A program made the position numbers and the translations under genes. Source: an uncultured Chloroflexia bacterium (GTDB lineage: Bacteria > Chloroflexota > Anaerolineae > JAAYZQ01). Taken from it: 64,000 bases of DNA. Below, piece by piece: positions 40,729-50,857 of the stretch (positions are counted from its first letter, which is position 1; each line of letters begins with the position of its first letter). The DNA lies in assembly GCA_963700285.1 (NCBI GenBank), contig CAVOXA010000010.1:768001-832000 (forward strand), read 5' to 3'. The notes beneath the pieces were generated by a model. The model was given only the letters and a program-made list of their open reading frames with translations. It ran no database searches and was not told the DNA's origin.

Positions 40729-43224
40729 GTGACAGCCGAACACCGTCCTGCCAGTGAATGTCCCAGTTGTGGCCGTTTCATCGGGCCCTACGGCAAGTGC
40801 CCCTACTGTGGCGCGGATGTCGGCCAGCGTATGGTGGTCCGCGCCTTCAAGGTTGGCAGTCTGTTGCTGGCCATCGGCGGTGTGGCAGTGCTGCTATATG
40901 CCGCGAGCCGGACACAAGTTCCGCCGGTAGAGATACGCAGCCTGGTGGGGACGATGAACTGGGCCTACGTCCGCCTCGAGGGAGTGGTCACTCGCCAGCC
41001 CACCCACGATCAGGCTGCCGGAACCCTCAGGTTCTGGCTGTGGGACGGCACAGGCGAGATCCTGGTCATCGCCTACCGCTCCGAAGCGGAAAAGCTGCTG
41101 GCCAGGGGCCTCGTACCGGTAATGGGTGACAACGTGGCCCTGGAGGGCACGCTGCGCATCAAGGATGATTTCCAATACTTGGTCCTCGATGTGCCCCAGA
41201 ATACCAAAGTCCGGCCGGCTGAGCCGCTCCAACTGCCCGTCGCCAGGGTGGACTTGGGCCTGCTGCACCAAACGGTGACGGTCCAAGGTGTGGTCCGCGA
41301 CGATCGCGTACCCTACCAGGGCTTGCGCATCTTGACGCTGCGCGACGATTCGGGCGAGGTTGACGTGACCCTCGCTACAGGGCCGGACACATTCCTGGGA
41401 GACCTGCCTGGGTTGAGCGTGGGCCAGCCGGTGCAGGTGACGGGGGCCGTGGACCAGTACAAGGGCACGGCGCAGATATCTGTAGGCCGCGGGAGCGACC
41501 TGGTGGTGCTAGATGAAGACCTGGCTATCGCGCCGTGGCGCCAGATTGGCGAACTCTCGACGCGGGATGTGGGGGGCATGGCCCTCATCGAGGGAACCAT
41601 CGTCGGGATTGATCCTTTCTCCGCCGGGGTCAAGTGTAGTCTGGACGATGGCACTGGTACAGCGACCATGCTCCTGTGGCAGGACCTGAGCAATTCCCTG
41701 GCAGAAGGGCAGGCGCTCGCCGCGGGGACCCAGGTCCGGGTCCAGGGCGAGGTGGCGGAATACCGGGGTGAGCTGGAGATCATACCTCAGATTCCATCTG
41801 ACGTGGCGGTCCTGGCGACCGGCTCGCCGGTCGTTGACTCGCGGCAGTTGGGTGAACTGGGGCCTGATGACGCTGGCCGAGTCGTGGCGGTGCAGGGGGT
41901 GCTTCGCTCGCTGCAGACCTTCTCCGCCGGGGTCAAGGGTACGCTGGACGACGATACCGGCGCAGTGACGTTGCTGCTGTGGCAGGACTTGTACGAAGCC
42001 CTGCCCGACCCCGTGCGCTTGGCGCCGGGGGCGGTCCTTGAGGTACAGGGCAAAGTCACTCTATACCAAGGCGAACTGGAGATCGTCCCCAGGACCCCGG
42101 CCGATCTGGTAGTGACTGGCCTGGTCGCGCTACCAACGGACCAGCGGGCCATCGACCAGGTCTCGGCCGGTGATGTCGGCCAAAGGATAGAGGTGTCGGG
42201 CCAGGTTGTGGAGGCGGTACCCTTTTCCAAGGGGATCCGCTATACCTTGGACGACGGTACAGGTACCTTAACTTTACTGATATGGCAGAACCTCTACAAG
42301 CAGATACCGGACGCCGGCCTGCTGGCCGCGGGCGCGGAGGTCGCGGTACAGGGCGAGGTAGTCGAGTACCATGGCGAACTGGAGGTCGTGCCCCAAATGC
42401 CGGCTGATGTGCGGGTGATTGCCCCCGCTGCAGTCGCCGTGGCGGCGCCCACAGTGACTGCGGAGGCCGCGGTCTCGCCAGAGGCAGCGCCCTCGCCGGC
42501 CGCGACACTTACACTGGCACCTCCAACTGCGCCGGCCACGACGAGCACCGTCGAGCCTCTGGTCCTGACGCCGGAACCGCCTACGCAACCCGTACCCTCG
42601 GCGACGGCAAAGGCCACGCTCACGCCCTCGTTCGAGACGAGGGCCATCGGCGCTATCTCTGCCGGCGATGTCGGGCGTACACTGACCATCGCCCAGGCCG
42701 GGATCGCCGGGGTCGATTACTTTTCCGCCGGTGTCAAATATACGCTGGTCGATGCGACCGGCAGCATCATTCTCCTGTTGTGGCAGAATATCCTGGAAGG
42801 GATCCCCGAGCGCTACGACCTGGTTCCCGGCAGCCAGGTCCGCGTCACCGGGGGTGTGGATCAGTACACCGGCCAGTTGGAGATCATCCCTGGGGATGGG
42901 GCTGCGCTCAAGGTGCTTTCCAGGGGCGAAGGCCTGCCCATTGAAGAGCGGCAGGCTGGCAATGTGACGGCCTCCGACGAGGGCCGCATCTTTGCCATCG
43001 AGGGATCCGTGACCCATACGGAGAACAAAGGCTGGCTCAAGGTGTGGCTCGGTGATGGGACGGGCGAGATCCTGATCTTTGTGCCGGAGCGCACAGTGCC
43101 CTATCTGCCTTCCGGCATCGGAAATGGGGTGAGGCTGCGGGTCACCGGTGAGGTGGATATTTACCAGAACGTCATCGAGATCATCCCTCTGGCCGGGGCG
43201 GACGTTGAGGTTCAGGGGCCATGA
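40729..43224 (+). CDS. Membrane-anchored protein with N-terminal zinc ribbon and seven tandem OB-fold domains
   Basis: CPSC..CPYC, one TM helix, then seven repeats of V...G.V...L.D.(T/S)G.....W...G..V.V.G.V..Y.G.LEI.P, with a Pro/Thr/Ala linker between repeats 5 and 6. Confidence 0.88.
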   Translation: MTAEHRPASECPSCGRFIGPYGKCPYCGADVGQRMVVRAFKVGSLLLAIGGVAVLLYAASRTQVPPVEIRSLVGTMNWAYVRLEGVVTRQPTHDQAAGTLRFWLWDGTGEILVIAYRSEAEKLLARGLVPVMGDNVALEGTLRIKDDFQYLVLDVPQNTKVRPAEPLQLPVARVDLGLLHQTVTVQGVVRDDRVPYQGLRILTLRDDSGEVDVTLATGPDTFLGDLPGLSVGQPVQVTGAVDQYKGTAQISVGRGSDLVVLDEDLAIAPWRQIGELSTRDVGGMALIEGTIVGIDPFSAGVKCSLDDGTGTATMLLWQDLSNSLAEGQALAAGTQVRVQGEVAEYRGELEIIPQIPSDVAVLATGSPVVDSRQLGELGPDDAGRVVAVQGVLRSLQTFSAGVKGTLDDDTGAVTLLLWQDLYEALPDPVRLAPGAVLEVQGKVTLYQGELEIVPRTPADLVVTGLVALPTDQRAIDQVSAGDVGQRIEVSGQVVEAVPFSKGIRYTLDDGTGTLTLLIWQNLYKQIPDAGLLAAGAEVAVQGEVVEYHGELEVVPQMPADVRVIAPAAVAVAAPTVTAEAAVSPEAAPSPAATLTLAPPTAPATTSTVEPLVLTPEPPTQPVPSATAKATLTPSFETRAIGAISAGDVGRTLTIAQAGIAGVDYFSAGVKYTLVDATGSIILLLWQNILEGIPERYDLVPGSQVRVTGGVDQYTGQLEIIPGDGAALKVLSRGEGLPIEERQAGNVTASDEGRIFAIEGSVTHTENKGWLKVWLGDGTGEILIFVPERTVPYLPSGIGNGVRLRVTGEVDIYQNVIEIIPLAGADVEVQGP

Positions 43225-44540
43225 ACTATCTGGTTCTGGTGGGCGCGGCGCTGGTCGGTACGGTCCTGTCGGCGTTTCTGTCCTGTATCCCGGCGCTGCA
43301 CATCTACAACGTGGCCGCCCTGCTGGTTGTCCTGGCCGTCAAGGTCCGAGGGCTGGTGCCCGACGAGCCTTTGGCCATGTTCATGCTGGGCTTGGTGGTC
43401 GGCTACGCGGTATTGAACACGATCCCCAGCATCTTTCTGGGCGCGCCGGACGATAGTACCGTCTTTGTCGTGCTTCCCGGGCAAAAGTACCTGATGGAGC
43501 GCAGGGGGTACGAGGCCGCAGTACTAACGGGGGTAGGCGGGCTGGGCGGACTGCTGGTACTGCTCCTTCTGGCCCCGGTCATGCCCACGGTTTTGCCCAT
43601 CGTCCGCAGGGTGGTCGGGCCGCACCTGCATTGGATCCTGGGGGCGGTGATCCTGTTCATGCTGATGAGCGAGTGGCCCAAGGGATCTGACCGAGGCAGT
43701 ACCGGCATGGCCAGGTTTCTCGACGCCTGGCGTTCGGTGGGGGCGGGGCTGCTGACCTTTCTGCTGTCAGGCATGCTGGGCTTCATCCTGTTCTACGGCA
43801 ACCTGGTGCCGACAGAGATGGCCTTTCAGAACCTGATGCCGGCCTTTGTCGGTCTTTTTGCCATGCCCTGGGTGTTGCAGAACATCATCTCCCGGGCCCA
43901 GGTGCCGGCCCAACACGTGGCCGGATCGGTGGACCTTTCGCCGGGGTTGATTGCCCGTGGGGTGGGCGCCGGCGCCTTGGGTGGTCTCTTTGCCGCCTTT
44001 TTCCCGGTTGTGACAGGGGGCATCGGTGGTTTTCTGGCGGGCCATGCCACTGCCCAGCGTGATGACCGGCTGTTTATTGTCAGCCAGGGGGCCAGCAAGC
44101 TGATCTACTATGTGGGGGCCTTTATCTTTTTCTTTGTACCGGGGTTGCACCTGACCCGCGGAGGGATGGCCTGGATGCTGAGCGTGCTCTATACGCCCCG
44201 TACGCCGGCCATCTACTGGGTAGCCATCGCGGCGATGCTCATCAGCGGGGCGCTGGCTTTTCTGATGCTGCTCTGGCTCAGCCGGGGAGCCATCCGGCTC
44301 GTGACGCACGTTGACTATCGGTGGATTTCGGCCGCGACACTGCTGGTATTGGTTTCCATTGTGCTGCTGCTGACGGGCTGGGGTGGGCTGCTCATCGCCT
44401 TGGCGGCTACGGGCATCGGCCTGCTGCCGGTGATGTGGGGGGCAAGGCGCATGAACTGCATGGGCGTCCTGTTACTGCCCCTAACGTTGAGTCTGGCTGG
44501 CCATGGGACGACGGTGGCTAGCTGGTTGGGATTGATCTAG
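43221..44540 (+). CDS. TctA-family (archaeal-type, COG1784-like) permease
   Basis: SCIPALHIYN, NTIPSIFLGAPD and VLPG..Y....GYEA. About 12 TM helices, 439 aa. Confidence 0.82.
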   Translation: MNYLVLVGAALVGTVLSAFLSCIPALHIYNVAALLVVLAVKVRGLVPDEPLAMFMLGLVVGYAVLNTIPSIFLGAPDDSTVFVVLPGQKYLMERRGYEAAVLTGVGGLGGLLVLLLLAPVMPTVLPIVRRVVGPHLHWILGAVILFMLMSEWPKGSDRGSTGMARFLDAWRSVGAGLLTFLLSGMLGFILFYGNLVPTEMAFQNLMPAFVGLFAMPWVLQNIISRAQVPAQHVAGSVDLSPGLIARGVGAGALGGLFAAFFPVVTGGIGGFLAGHATAQRDDRLFIVSQGASKLIYYVGAFIFFFVPGLHLTRGGMAWMLSVLYTPRTPAIYWVAIAAMLISGALAFLMLLWLSRGAIRLVTHVDYRWISAATLLVLVSIVLLLTGWGGLLIALAATGIGLLPVMWGARRMNCMGVLLLPLTLSLAGHGTTVASWLGLI

Positions 44541-44568
44541 AATACTGACACCTGGAAAGGGAGGACTT

Positions 44569-45507
44569 ATGTCACATCCGTTTGAAGTAGGCAAGACCTA
44601 TCGGAATCGAAACGGCGAGTACATCGTGCAGGCCGTCGACGGCGACCAGATGACCATCCGCTACGTGAGTGGGGGAACACTGCAGACCAGCGCCGCCATC
44701 CAGGCCCGCATCTGGGAGAACATCCACTTTGAGTACCAGATTGAGCAGGAAGAAGAGAAGCGCAGTCTAGCCAGAGATGCTAGACTAGAGGCCAGAAAAC
44801 GCAAGGCTGCTGCCCAAAAGGCCCTGGCCGCACCCAAGTACGGGGGCTTTCAGGAGGGAGACTTTGAGCTTAAGAAGCGGGGGATCGCCTGGTCGGGCCG
44901 GGAGCAGGCGGGCAAGGCCCTGGCGTACCAATTGGGCCAGCGTGTCGAAGGGAGTTTTGGTTCCTGGATTGTACCCCGCAAGTCGCAGGTCCACGTGGCC
45001 CGCAAAGAGCACTATGATCGGGACGCGCGCGACACCAACGCGATGTTTTTTGTGACCGTGGATGAGGGTGGCGTGAACTATGGTTTCCGGACGGGCAGAC
45101 CCAACGGCAAGGAAGACGCCGGGTGGCCCTGGTCGACCCTCATAGCGATTCTGGCCGATGACAAGGAGGTACGACAAGCTCTTCGGGCGGCGATGAAAGA
45201 CCAGGGCCTGACCCTGGACGTCTATGCTGAGGAGATCAGCTACCAGCAGGTCGGGCAGATCCTGCTCGAGGGCAGAGGATTCCTTTGGCAGCACGAGACC
45301 GCGGAACAAGAGATAACGCAGAAGATGAACTGGAATCAACTCGTAGAATACCTCGAGACCGTGACGCCCAACAAGCGCTGCGATCTCTATCTGCGCAAAC
45401 ACCTCACCGCCGAGGCCGCGCTGGAACTGGGTGCGGCTGCCACGGATGAGATTGCCGGTGTCTTTGAATCTCTGATGCCGGTGTATGACGCCAGTGTGGT
45501 GGCCTAG
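44569..45507 (+). CDS. Hypothetical cytoplasmic protein
   Basis: 312-aa ORF with a GGGAGG RBS and a typical coding pattern. Family not recognised. Confidence 0.75.
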   Translation: MSHPFEVGKTYRNRNGEYIVQAVDGDQMTIRYVSGGTLQTSAAIQARIWENIHFEYQIEQEEEKRSLARDARLEARKRKAAAQKALAAPKYGGFQEGDFELKKRGIAWSGREQAGKALAYQLGQRVEGSFGSWIVPRKSQVHVARKEHYDRDARDTNAMFFVTVDEGGVNYGFRTGRPNGKEDAGWPWSTLIAILADDKEVRQALRAAMKDQGLTLDVYAEEISYQQVGQILLEGRGFLWQHETAEQEITQKMNWNQLVEYLETVTPNKRCDLYLRKHLTAEAALELGAAATDEIAGVFESLMPVYDASVVA

Positions 45508-45593
45508 TCGCGCTCCAGGTCTCAGTCCGTAGCTTTGTGCGATAGATCGGCCTTTTATCACCGCCTATCTCAGAAGCCTCAGGCCAGGCGTCT

Positions 45594-46115
45594 ATGAAGC
45601 AGTTGCGGGGTACGCCCCTCAAGCGGTTTTTGCGGTCCCTGCCGGCGCCGCTATCGCCGGCAGAGTTGGTTGTGGTCTGCCAAAGCGTGGCCTATCCGGT
45701 CAATGTCGGTTCGATCTTTCGCATTGCCGATGCGCTGGGCGCTGGCGAGGTTATTTTGACTGGCATCACACCCCGGCCGCCCCATCCAACCATCAGCAAG
45801 GTCGGGCGGAACAAGGACCAGCGCGTACCTTGGCGCTACGTCGAGCGGCCCGAAGCCGCCCTAAGAGACCTCCGGGAGCGGAGTTACTGGATCGTCGCCT
45901 TGGAGGTCACAGATCTGTGCCATCCTTACTATGGCGTGGACTACCCCCAGCGGGTGGCCCTGGTGCTGGGCAACGAGGATCACGGCGTCACCCGAGCATG
46001 TCTGGACCTTTGCGATGCGGCAGTCTTTGTTCCTATGTATGGTAGCGGCAAATCGCTGAACGTCCACGTCTCACTGGCCGTGGTTGGCTACCATCTACTA
46101 CACAGGCAACTATGA
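45594..46115 (+). CDS. TrmH/SpoU-family RNA methyltransferase
   Basis: NVGSIFRIADA, LVLGNEDHG and PMYG..KSLNV. Confidence 0.92.
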   Translation: MKQLRGTPLKRFLRSLPAPLSPAELVVVCQSVAYPVNVGSIFRIADALGAGEVILTGITPRPPHPTISKVGRNKDQRVPWRYVERPEAALRDLRERSYWIVALEVTDLCHPYYGVDYPQRVALVLGNEDHGVTRACLDLCDAAVFVPMYGSGKSLNVHVSLAVVGYHLLHRQL

Positions 46116-46484
46116 GCGGAAAGCTGGTCATGAGCATGGGCAAGGACGGGCCCACCGCCGCATCGCAGAATGTCATGGATGAATATGGCCTTCGCGTCAC
46201 CCTGCGGGACCGACGGTGGTCTAGTAGTGCGCCGTGGCGTACATTCCTTCCTCTGATGGCAGGTCCGTCTACGATCCCCAGGCTACCTGGGCTGAAACCC
46301 AATACACGATCCGGCGTAATGTATCGTGCGGGGTATGCAGCCAGTTGCTGACTGGCCAGGATCGGTTGCAGTTGGGCCTGAGCTGATGCTTGGTGCTATG
46401 CCTCCTCACATGCCTTGAGCATCGAGCCGACCGCCTGAACGATCTGTGTTCTGCACCATGCCATAGGATAAAACCAGGAGAGAG

Positions 46485-47045
46485 ATGATGAGTGACTTGT
46501 TTGACAAACTAATGGAAAGCGCGGGACAGGTGATTTCGGAGGTAGACAAGGGAGGACAGATCCAATCGGCGGTTGGTGGCCTGCGCCAGCGGATGGTGGA
46601 TGCTGAGCGCAACCGCAAGATCAACCTGGTGAAGCAGCAGATCCGGGACCTGCAGTCGCAGGAGGCCCAAACCATCAGCGCCCTCAGCGCACAGGTACTG
46701 GCCTTGCACGAGGCCGGGACGCTCACCCAGCCGGAACTGAAGAGCCTGTGCAGGAACGTGGATGAGATCCGGGTTCAGATCCGGGAGCAGGAGGCGGAGC
46801 TGAAAGCGATACAACCTGTACAGCCCAAACCAGTTGCTAGCGCCCAGTGCCCCCACTGCGGGGCGTCCGTCACCGCTGAGGGTACCTTTTGCCAAACCTG
46901 TGGCGGTCGCCTGACCAAAGAGCAAAAACCGGATCCTATCCGCTTCTGCGTTCACTGCGGCGCTCAACTACGCGAGGGTGCGCGCTTTTGCCCCAAGTGC
47001 GGCCAGACGGTGCCGCAAGGCCAGGAAACGGCTCCAACATCATGA
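46485..47045 (+). CDS. Coiled-coil plus double zinc-ribbon protein
   Basis: CPHCG..FCQTCG and FCVHCG..FCPKCG. Confidence 0.85.
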   Translation: MMSDLFDKLMESAGQVISEVDKGGQIQSAVGGLRQRMVDAERNRKINLVKQQIRDLQSQEAQTISALSAQVLALHEAGTLTQPELKSLCRNVDEIRVQIREQEAELKAIQPVQPKPVASAQCPHCGASVTAEGTFCQTCGGRLTKEQKPDPIRFCVHCGAQLREGARFCPKCGQTVPQGQETAPTS

Positions 47046-48079
47046 AGGGCATCGCCCATTTTGCTACGGGCCTCGCCGTGGCGAGTTTTTTCCCTGGCGT
47101 TGTCCACAGTGCAGCCCAAAGCTCAAGCTTTGGCTTGGTACTGGGCGGGCTAGCGGGGTTGCTACCGGATACCCTGGACTTCAAATTCTTTCGCTACTTT
47201 GAGCGGGTCGACGACGAGATCGACCCAGCCAAGATCACCACCACTGAGGGATACCCTGATCCCCAGGCCATGGCCCAGCGGATCGCGGCGGCCATGAACC
47301 ATGCCTACAAGCGTAATACCAGGACCAAAGTACAACTGCATACGCTCCGGCTGGGGACTGACCTCTGGCGTCAGTATAGCGTAACCCTGGATGCGGTGAG
47401 CAGGCAGGTCCTGGTTCGTATCGGACCGATTGTGACCACAGGGCAAGTACCCTATGTCGGCAGTGAGATCTCCGGTCTAGCACCTGGACAAGTGCAGGTC
47501 GAGGCGCCTATCCTGCATACCTACGACGCAGAGACCAAGATTGACATTTTCAGCGGCCCCTCTCTGGCCTTCGAGCGCGCCGATGATGCGGTCAAGGTGA
47601 CCTTTGTGCCCTGGCACCGCGTCTGGACCCACTCGCTGCTGATGGTGCTGCTTCTGGGAGCGATAGGCACCCTCATAGGCCCGGTATACGGCTTGGTCAT
47701 GGCCATGGCTGCCCTGGCCCATATTCTGGCAGATCAGATGGGTTGCATGGGCTGTAACCTCTTTTTCCCGCTGACCCGCAGCCGCGCGCCGGGACTCAGG
47801 TGGATGCGCTCCGGTGATGCGATCCCAAATTTCCTGACGGTTTGGATCAGCATGGCCGTCCTGTTTCTGAACCTTGACCGCTTTTCAGAAGCCCCCTCCA
47901 TTCCTGTATGGCCATACCTGCTGGGTATGATCATGGTTCCCTGTCTGTTCTTTCTCGGATTGGCAACATGGGATCGTCTGCGCAGCCACCGGCAGCCAGC
48001 GGCGTACCCGAAGAGGTTGGCTGTGGCAGCCATGGCGGCCGTCGAGGCGTTGGACGAAACCAGCGAGGTGGACATCTAG
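47042..48079 (+). CDS. Membrane-bound metal-dependent hydrolase (YdjM-like) with a large insertion
   Basis: MKGIAHFATG, GLLPDTLD, HRVWTHS and HILAD. ATGA overlap with the previous gene. Confidence 0.85.
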   Translation: MKGIAHFATGLAVASFFPGVVHSAAQSSSFGLVLGGLAGLLPDTLDFKFFRYFERVDDEIDPAKITTTEGYPDPQAMAQRIAAAMNHAYKRNTRTKVQLHTLRLGTDLWRQYSVTLDAVSRQVLVRIGPIVTTGQVPYVGSEISGLAPGQVQVEAPILHTYDAETKIDIFSGPSLAFERADDAVKVTFVPWHRVWTHSLLMVLLLGAIGTLIGPVYGLVMAMAALAHILADQMGCMGCNLFFPLTRSRAPGLRWMRSGDAIPNFLTVWISMAVLFLNLDRFSEAPSIPVWPYLLGMIMVPCLFFLGLATWDRLRSHRQPAAYPKRLAVAAMAAVEALDETSEVDI

Positions 48080-48115
48080 GCGCGATCTGTGTTATAATGC
48101 CCCCGGAGGTGATCG

Positions 48116-48559
48116 ATGAAACCAGGACGCGAGATCCCTGAAAGCACCCTGGCGCAACTCCGGGATGTGTGCAATGCAGACCCCTACCTGGCGGCTATCT
48201 ATATCTTTGGGCGGCAGCGCTCGGGCGATTGCGATCTAGCCGCACTGTTCACTGAAACTCCACCTTGGTCCGCGCGTCTCGATCTCGAGCTAGCCGTGGC
48301 AAAGGCTATAGAGCAGGAGGGAGTCGAGTTGATTGACCTGAGACGCATGCCCCTGGTCTTTCGTTTCGGGGTCGTCGATGAGGGAGAGCCTATCTATGTC
48401 GGGCAGCCCGAGGTGTTGGCCAATTTCATCGAAGAAACTATCGCCCGCTATGCAGCCTTCTATCCCCTTCTAGAGGCGCTCTACTGGAAAGTGGAGACCA
48501 GGCCGGTGCCCGAGGACATGCTGGACGACACACAGCCTGCCGCTTCTGGCATCTCCTGA
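48116..48559 (+). CDS. Minimal nucleotidyltransferase-like (MntA-like) protein with degenerate motif
   Basis: AIYIFG..SGDCDLA and VELIDL..MPL.F...V..EG..IY. Confidence 0.7.
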   Translation: MKPGREIPESTLAQLRDVCNADPYLAAIYIFGRQRSGDCDLAALFTETPPWSARLDLELAVAKAIEQEGVELIDLRRMPLVFRFGVVDEGEPIYVGQPEVLANFIEETIARYAAFYPLLEALYWKVETRPVPEDMLDDTQPAASGIS

Positions 48560-48586
48560 TAAGTGCCAGACGGCTTTTCCTTTTCT

Positions 48587-48662
48587 GCAAGCCCGCATCC
48601 AGTGTGCAGGCCTGTGCCCGATGCGCAGGCTCGCGTCCAATGTGCAGACCTGTATCCAATCA
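48587..48662. repeat. Degenerate 19-bp tandem repeat, 4 copies
   Basis: gcaagcccgcatccagtgt / gcaggcctgtgcccgatgc / gcaggctcgcgtccaatgt / gcagacctgtatccaatca. Confidence 0.7.
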
Positions 48663-48684
48663 TCACAGCCCAAGGAGATACCCA

Positions 48685-49308
48685 TTGATCAACATCACAC
48701 TGCCCGTCGGTATGATACAGACCAACTGCTACGTCGTTGGTTGTGAGGAGACCAAAATAGGAGCCGTCATCGATCCCGGTGGGCACCCGGAGCGCATCCT
48801 TGCCGAGGTGGAGCGCCATGGGCTGGACGTCAAATATGTGTTCAATACGCACGCTCATTTTGATCATACCGACGCCAATGGCGCCATCCTCAAAGCCACG
48901 GGTGCCCAACTCGCCATCCATCCCAAGGACATCCCTATCCTGCAGGCATCTGGCGGTGCGAACTGGTTCGGCGTGAACGCGAACATCAGTCCTGCTCCCG
49001 ATCTTGAACTCTCTGATGGCGATGATTTGGAGATCGGCCAATTGCGGTTCCAGGTGCTCCACACACCCGGCCATTCACCAGGTCATGTCTGTTTCTACGA
49101 GCCGGATGAGGGCGTGGTTTTCGATGGCGATGTGCTCTTTTACCGCGGCATCGGCCGTCACGATCTGCCAGGCGGGGACCAGGAGCAATTGTTGGATAGC
49201 ATCCAGCGCATCCTTTTTTCCCTGCCCGATGATACAGTCGTCTACTCCGGTCATGGTCCGGTGACGGCCATTGGCGAGGAGAAACAGCTCAATCCCTGGA
49301 TGCGCTAG
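48685..49308 (+). CDS. MBL-fold metallo-hydrolase (glyoxalase II-like)
   Basis: THAHFDH, HTPGHSPG, GDVLF and SGHG. TTG start after AGGAG. Confidence 0.92.
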   Translation: MINITLPVGMIQTNCYVVGCEETKIGAVIDPGGHPERILAEVERHGLDVKYVFNTHAHFDHTDANGAILKATGAQLAIHPKDIPILQASGGANWFGVNANISPAPDLELSDGDDLEIGQLRFQVLHTPGHSPGHVCFYEPDEGVVFDGDVLFYRGIGRHDLPGGDQEQLLDSIQRILFSLPDDTVVYSGHGPVTAIGEEKQLNPWMR

Positions 49309-49529
49309 CCAGGGATAGGGCAGAATGGTTCCCGCGAGCACTCGTTGCATCTGCCATCAACACGTTTTGTGCAGGATGAAGGTTAGTTTCCCATCCCACG
49401 GGATCTGGCCTTTTGCCATCGCCAGGTGCCAGAATCACTTTGACAAAGCCTGGTGACTTGGGTAAACTGTCCCAAGCAGGTTGGGCGTGGCAAATCCGGT
49501 GGCGGAACAGAAAACTAGACAAGGTTCCA

Positions 49530-50855
49530 ATGCGAATCCTACACACAAACGCCGCCTACTGGCCTTTTGTGGGCGGCGCCGAAACCTACTTGCGAGCCAT
49601 GTCCGAACGGCTGGTACGCGATGGACACGCCGTCACTGTGGCAACGACCGATGCTTCTGGCGTCCAAGGCTTCTGGGATCCTCACCAACCCCGCCTACCC
49701 CAGAAGAGTACGACAGTCAATGGTGTGCGCGTGGTTCGCAGTCGTGTGGAACATCTGCCCTTCTCGCCCTGGAGCTTCTATCTTTTGCGTCGCCTTGCCA
49801 CCGACTTGGCGCGGCTGCCGCGTAACACAGACGCTCTCCTTGATGGCATGGCTCCCTACATGCCCCACGTACCGAGCATGGAACGTGATCTGGAGGGACT
49901 TTCACCAGGCTTTGACTTGGTGCATGGTGTCAACATCTCCCTGGAATGGCCCCTTATTGCTGGTTTGCGCTACGCCCGGCGCCACGGGCTGCCTTTCGTG
50001 GTTACGCCCTTTGTCCACGTCGGTGAATGGAAGGTACAGCGTTTCTACACCATGCCTCACCAACTGGCTGCATTGCGTGAAGCGGATTGCGTCATCGTCC
50101 AAACCGGCATCGAGGCAAGGGAATTGATCAGCCTGGGCGTATCGCAGGAGCGCATCGTCCGCCTGGGGATGGGCGTGGACCTTGACCAAGTTAAGGGCGG
50201 TGACGGCACGCGATTCAGGGCCCAGCATGGCATTGATGGCCCGGTAGTCACCTTCATGGGTGCTGTCACCGACGACAAAGGAGCCGTTCACCTGCTGCGG
50301 GCCATGCAGCACCTATGGCGCAATGGCAATGGTACGACGCTGGTCATTGCCGGTCAGCCCGTGGCGCCCACGACTTTTGAGCGGGCGTACGAAGACTTGC
50401 CAGAAACGCACCGGCAGCGCGTTCGGCGCATGGGCGTGGTAGGCGGTCAACTCAAGCAGGACATGTTGGCCAGTACTGACCTGTTCGCTATGCCATCGCG
50501 AGTAGACTCCTTTGGCATCGTTTACTTGGAAGCTTGGGCCTACGGTGTACCTGTCATCGGCTGCCGGTCTGGTGGGGTCCCTGATGTGATCGATCATGGT
50601 CAGGACGGCCTGCTAGTCCCGTATGGGAACCAGGCATTGCTGGCATTGGCGATTGAGTCGCTTCTGGTCGCTCCGGAACGCCGTCAGGCCATGGGCCAGC
50701 GCGGCCGGGCCAAGGTCGAGGCCTGCTACACCTGGGACCACATCTATACCAGGCTTCAGGCCACCTACCGGGAACTGGTGGCCTTGTCTCATGAGGGGAC
50801 CCCTTCGGCAAGTGCAGGGCAGGCTCTTGGCTCCAGTAGTAGAGCAGGATCCTGA
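49530..50855 (+). CDS. GT4 glycosyltransferase
   Basis: MRILH..GGAE and PSRVDSFGIVYLEAW. Confidence 0.92.
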   Translation: MRILHTNAAYWPFVGGAETYLRAMSERLVRDGHAVTVATTDASGVQGFWDPHQPRLPQKSTTVNGVRVVRSRVEHLPFSPWSFYLLRRLATDLARLPRNTDALLDGMAPYMPHVPSMERDLEGLSPGFDLVHGVNISLEWPLIAGLRYARRHGLPFVVTPFVHVGEWKVQRFYTMPHQLAALREADCVIVQTGIEARELISLGVSQERIVRLGMGVDLDQVKGGDGTRFRAQHGIDGPVVTFMGAVTDDKGAVHLLRAMQHLWRNGNGTTLVIAGQPVAPTTFERAYEDLPETHRQRVRRMGVVGGQLKQDMLASTDLFAMPSRVDSFGIVYLEAWAYGVPVIGCRSGGVPDVIDHGQDGLLVPYGNQALLALAIESLLVAPERRQAMGQRGRAKVEACYTWDHIYTRLQATYRELVALSHEGTPSASAGQALGSSSRAGS

Positions 50856-50857
50856 CT

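Noticed and set aside
46112-46351. 79-aa ORF overlapping the trmH stop
   Set aside because: It has no motifs and a weak coding signal, so it cannot be supported.
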